Shown here piece after piece: positions 33,901 to 35,894 of a stretch of 35,894 nt of DNA. This DNA is from Nemertoderma westbladi. Taxonomy: Eukaryota > Animalia > Xenacoelomorpha. A program made the position numbers and the translations under genes. The notes under the pieces are model-generated. The model did not search any database, had not been told where the DNA came from, and was given only the letters and a program-made list of their open reading frames with translations. Position 1 is the first letter of the stretch. Each line of letters opens with the position of its first letter. The stretch covers positions 1 through 35,894 of the forward strand of contig JAUCBJ010001420.1 in NCBI GenBank assembly GCA_032718475.1. Direction: 5' to 3'.

Positions 33901-35869
33901 CAAAGCGAGCAATTTCGGTAAGGACAGCCGTAGTCTCTGTCTGTTTTTCCTTCTCCTTCACCAAACTAGATTTATTTCCTCTATGAAATTCTCCACAGAA
34001 ACTGCTAGAAGAGCTCTCAACAACCTCGGAATATAAATTTTGATGTGGGGTTGAACGACGCTGTGCATACGTCGAATTGAAGTGAATCTTCTTTGACAAA
34101 CTTGGCTCTCTAACTCGATTTTGTGATATTTCCTCCATTTCTGAATCAGTTTTTAAGTTTCTCCAGACTGGTGTGTCCATCCAATCAACCTTTTCTTGAA
34201 CTTCCTTCAGTTGTTGTAGTAAAGGTGCATTGCATTCTTGCATAGCAGCTTTCATTTGCTCAATTGAAACCTTCGGTTCTATGGGAGTCTCAAAATCAAA
34301 TAGATCGAACTTATCGGCTCTGTGTGAATGTTCCCAATTCTGTGAGTAGGGCTCATCACCACCAGTTCTATACCTCTCCCGAGATCTATTACCATAATGA
34401 TACCAAGGATTCTGGGGAAGTAGATATCTTTCCCTACAAACGAAACATGGGCAATCTCTTTCATGAGGCTGTGGTCTGTGCTCGCCCTCACATTGCCAAC
34501 GTTCGTCTACAAATTTGTCTGGGGTATACAGCGGTTGGAAGGGTTTCTCGTATGGCTTTGTCTCAGGCTTCCTCACTATGTTCTGGTTTAGTCGAGGAAT
34601 GGGTCGTTCTTGGTGAACTTCTTGTGCTATCCTGCCCTTATGCAATGACGATACATATGCTTCTGTTAGAGGGAACCTTCTTTGGGCGGACTCACATATG
34701 ATTGGAGCTTCCTCCACTTGGTCTATAATACTACTGTGCTCTTCTTCATACTGCTGCCTATCATTTACTAACTCAAGCCGTGCATCCTGCAACTGAGCTC
34801 GCTTATGTTCCATTTCAATCTCATGGATACGCCTTCGTTGCTTTAATTCTAATTCTCTTCGCTTTTCGTCTACTTGTGCGCGTCTCTGTGCATGTTGATG
34901 CTCTAAATTTGCCGCTGCTTCACGCTGTTGCCTCTGTAATTCATCACGCAAATGCTCTGCTTCTTGGGCTGCAGCTTGTGCTTCACGCCTAAATTTAGCT
35001 GCTGCTTCCTCATGCTGCTCTTGCTGCTTTAAATCTGCTTCTTGTGCTGCTAATTTATGTATCTCCTCTTCAGCGAGTTCAACTTCCTGCCTACGCGCTT
35101 CCTCTACTTCGAGCTTTCTCTCTTCAACTGCAATTAGTCTATCTCGTTCTGTGAACGCTCGCAGGGCCTTTTGTGATTCTGTTATCGAACTCCGACTACG
35201 TACTACACTCGTACTTCGTCGCGACCTTGTTGTGCTTTGGCTGGCAACAGATAAAACTTCCGCTCCACTGTTTAACCCACTCACTGTCTCTTGGTTTGCA
35301 GTTAATGGCAATGGTAATCCAATGATAACTACTCCTCTCTTACTTAAGTACCGGGTTAATTTAGTAACTCGATGCTGAGTCTCAACCACAATACGTTCCT
35401 CTGATTCTCTAAACTCGACTTCATTGACTGTTAGAGATTCACAAACTGCTTCGCTCCATCGTGTATTACGAATTTGGGAAAAGTGTTCAATTACTCTTAT
35501 ATAACTCACTCTTGCCTTTTTCAATTTCTCGAATAAGAAAGTCAGGGTTTTATTCTCTTGATATTTTTCTGCTCTATCCACAAGAGCTTGTAGTTCAGCT
35601 ACTGGATGGATCATCTGGGTGTTAAACTTACCTTGTAACTCCAAAAGTTGTTGTCTGTCTAATGTAGCACCCTCTTGTAATAATAATGTAATTACCTTGT
35701 TTGTGCACTTTGTAATTTGTGCCATATACCCACCAGCACTCCTACTTATCGGTGGCCCTCTTTGTGAATCTAAACTACTTACTCTCACCACCTCCTCTAT
35801 TTCGTCATCGTTTGAGTCAGAACCTACTAGAGTTATGTCCTGTATAGTCGATGTCCTATGTATACTCAT
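27932..35869 (-). CDS. gag-pol: Bel/Pao LTR retrotransposon B gag-pol polyprotein, intact single ORF (2645 aa)
   Basis: Coiled-coil N-terminus, capsid-like PRFNGNAKHWRTF region, and the Bel-type triple knuckle (CQYC..H..C, CWKCLSTGHKRREC, CQDCGRLHHRLLH). Then protease ILDPAST, RT YYLPHH/DIEAMYHQV/FYMDD, RNase H LHCFSDAS, and integrase HHCC, GLDCFGP, SDQGTNF, GSWERLI. The 5' LTR lies outside the window. Confidence 0.97.
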   Translation of the reverse strand: MSIHRTSTIQDITLVGSDSNDDEIEEVVRVSSLDSQRGPPISRSAGGYMAQITKCTNKVITLLLQEGATLDRQQLLELQGKFNTQMIHPVAELQALVDRAEKYQENKTLTFLFEKLKKARVSYIRVIEHFSQIRNTRWSEAVCESLTVNEVEFRESEERIVVETQHRVTKLTRYLSKRGVVIIGLPLPLTANQETVSGLNSGAEVLSVASQSTTRSRRSTSVVRSRSSITESQKALRAFTERDRLIAVEERKLEVEEARRQEVELAEEEIHKLAAQEADLKQQEQHEEAAAKFRREAQAAAQEAEHLRDELQRQQREAAANLEHQHAQRRAQVDEKRRELELKQRRRIHEIEMEHKRAQLQDARLELVNDRQQYEEEHSSIIDQVEEAPIICESAQRRFPLTEAYVSSLHKGRIAQEVHQERPIPRLNQNIVRKPETKPYEKPFQPLYTPDKFVDERWQCEGEHRPQPHERDCPCFVCRERYLLPQNPWYHYGNRSRERYRTGGDEPYSQNWEHSHRADKFDLFDFETPIEPKVSIEQMKAAMQECNAPLLQQLKEVQEKVDWMDTPVWRNLKTDSEMEEISQNRVREPSLSKKIHFNSTYAQRRSTPHQNLYSEVVESSSSSFCGEFHRGNKSSLVKEKEKQTETTAVLTEIARFAARQSLPTQQPPRFNGNAKHWRTFINYVDSQIKEKDFSSNEKFNYLLQLLQKEPRGLAETFTGNPNAFQLTYERLTSVYGSNTRVAQSIVDELGKGGPISTSHELLKLADEIKNAISILPDIGCENYGDRPDILKDIIRRLSYRHRQKWRKLESKIEERGETLKLRHLHELIAREALADSRSNYSEEYLQVERRSIAKPKSLMTTEGTCLTYNTLGPTGIDSNISKSRYQLEKSKVSAPIGVTLERQELPSNFRGCQYCYQQSQKHMDHKLHCCDFFTKLDVDKRRLAIRSLDACWKCLSTGHKRRECPDTIKKGCQDCGRLHHRLLHTSQHTPTKQYIMDHPSRIARNPNPIPNKVTFASVNADQSGSSDEDDEKDECQVGDTDATNIDDIICANTYLTAVQSASFSVIPIKIIGEHGTKRIYVILDPASTHSYVDLEVASAVTDTLSAKSRRIDLGSMHGQGELNGKSINLSLDSLLPRNHHTLPEQSLLPIKNVSFIALKEFSGLLGGVPALTKQEREYFGCLGIPECNVNYRNIAMLIGLDVFDAHHAWDTRPHPPQPGKPYATRTILGWYTRSPKDFIVVFKRTKPGHYVNRSIEDNKEFGLGMSLEEGEINPTDLNDNQSDHSVDSDQDDSNIRGETAFTFLSDARNFTEVLSRPDYNKVMCNPSAEVEDIEYIRDLMDQDHEMNYRTLKWLEEYAMEPGSYDIAMSANDKRSLDIMRNTINRLPNGHFEVGMLWRHDKPKLINNRPLALRCLQSIRKRLLRDEKIHMQYRFQINNYLEKGYAEKMDYPDKTTDQTYYLPHHYIIHPDKPGRVRVVNDCRRKYLGMSLNSELMDGPNQNNYLIGILLRFRRRRFAFACDIEAMYHQVYALKEDKDSLRFLWYPNDDLSGEPITYQMLVRIFGARDSPNGSLFVLKETAKRQSEHFPAEVIEAVGDNFYMDDGLDCFDSEEQAIKISHGLQECLKTGGFRLTKFTSNSAKLINSFPSEDRRSGDIELEFEDIPTSKVLGLGWNPNNDNFQVRVQVLPPAETLTKQKCLSTMSRLFDPLCLISPVVLQARIYLRSIWQTGIGWDEPISSEHAGKWRLWEAELGALQELEFPRLYFPDQTTFPTELELHCFSDASSNGLGVALYLRRETESGEFETSLITSRAKTMPIKYMNIPRGELQAALIGVTIAKLIKREIGIRLHITYWTDATLVLMYLNIDDVQFKTFVANRKAEILDFTIKEDWRHCPGDRNPADIASRGMMPKEFCQPDNQDFWLHGPKFLRKSTEHWPPIFHCHLHKLPPEAEIKIEKVKKSKAKATGLSHIPTSLTDQVMSNNYMERPRNAMSEQMLDTNEITSRTTLYNLRSRVTHTSDIVPASLPPPNPPDSDINLEIESEVDLALDISDDDEYIDMHPVPGDEKFDEVKAIFLESPLTNSKQDLVKNVASQPPPNVMVTQPLNSNLRNFFDRLVNSSSSWLKLCRKAAWISRLSKFLGKSKEYSLSDWRQRVIRGFPRRLSIEEIDQAELKIILHFQLRSYTREYNAIMIKKAVSSSPLVRLSPTIHKGLLCHRSRLQATDLARDFIYPIIIPAYLELQCAMIWDAHLKLKHAGRSHCISLLRQRFILIKPTKALNTVLSNCIVCKKLNARITQQQMSELPLARVQSHQSPFTHTGLDCFGPILTKRARSMVKRWGVIFICMASRAVHIERVTDMSTNALLLALRRFIARRGLVQAFYSDQGTNFVGGDNEINKSLNTIDHDKIAAELIPSRITWNFNTADSPWRGGSWERLIRSIKLAFHKTIPPNKVLTDDELVTLFTEIEYTLNSRPIALVPDRSDNVIALTPNHILMQSPAPLVPISVPDDSDLYSRKAWKIVQLLADNFWEIWRQHYLPTISARSKWYQTTRNLCKGDSVLLAEANLKRRHWLTGVVIAVHPGSDGTVRTVTVRTLDKHVVTRPVQHLVLLEESRCQTGDYKIFKKPSDYTSHKLYETGNVKTSKKTK

Positions 35870-35894
35870 GGTCGGTAAATTTTAATTCTGTATT

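Noticed and set aside
28425-35885. Plus-strand ORFs overlapping gag-pol
   Set aside because: They are antisense shadows of the long retrotransposon ORF and have no motifs of their own.

Overview
AT-rich, transposon-dense eukaryotic DNA, most plausibly from an invertebrate animal; I see no prokaryotic features. The left quarter holds five + strand exons (922-9324) of a multi-domain beta/gamma-crystallin-superfamily gene, two of which appear to use GC splice donors. Its introns and downstream region are packed with LINE fragments, non-autonomous TIR elements and a Penelope-like insertion carrying a degenerate minimal hammerhead ribozyme. The right half holds two convergent Bel/Pao LTR retrotransposons: a decayed + strand copy A (17364 to about 24126) and a - strand copy B with an intact 2645-aa gag-pol ORF. 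The most striking signal is an approximately 255-nt noncoding block downstream of pol in both elements (21241-21495 +, 27483-27736 -). It is about 85% identical by manual alignment and shows compensatory base changes, although the two integrases are only about half identical. In copy A it lies about 30 nt upstream of a decayed, non-env extra reading frame with three CCHC-type zinc knuckles. This suggests a structured-RNA plus accessory-protein module in this Bel/Pao lineage that I do not recognise.
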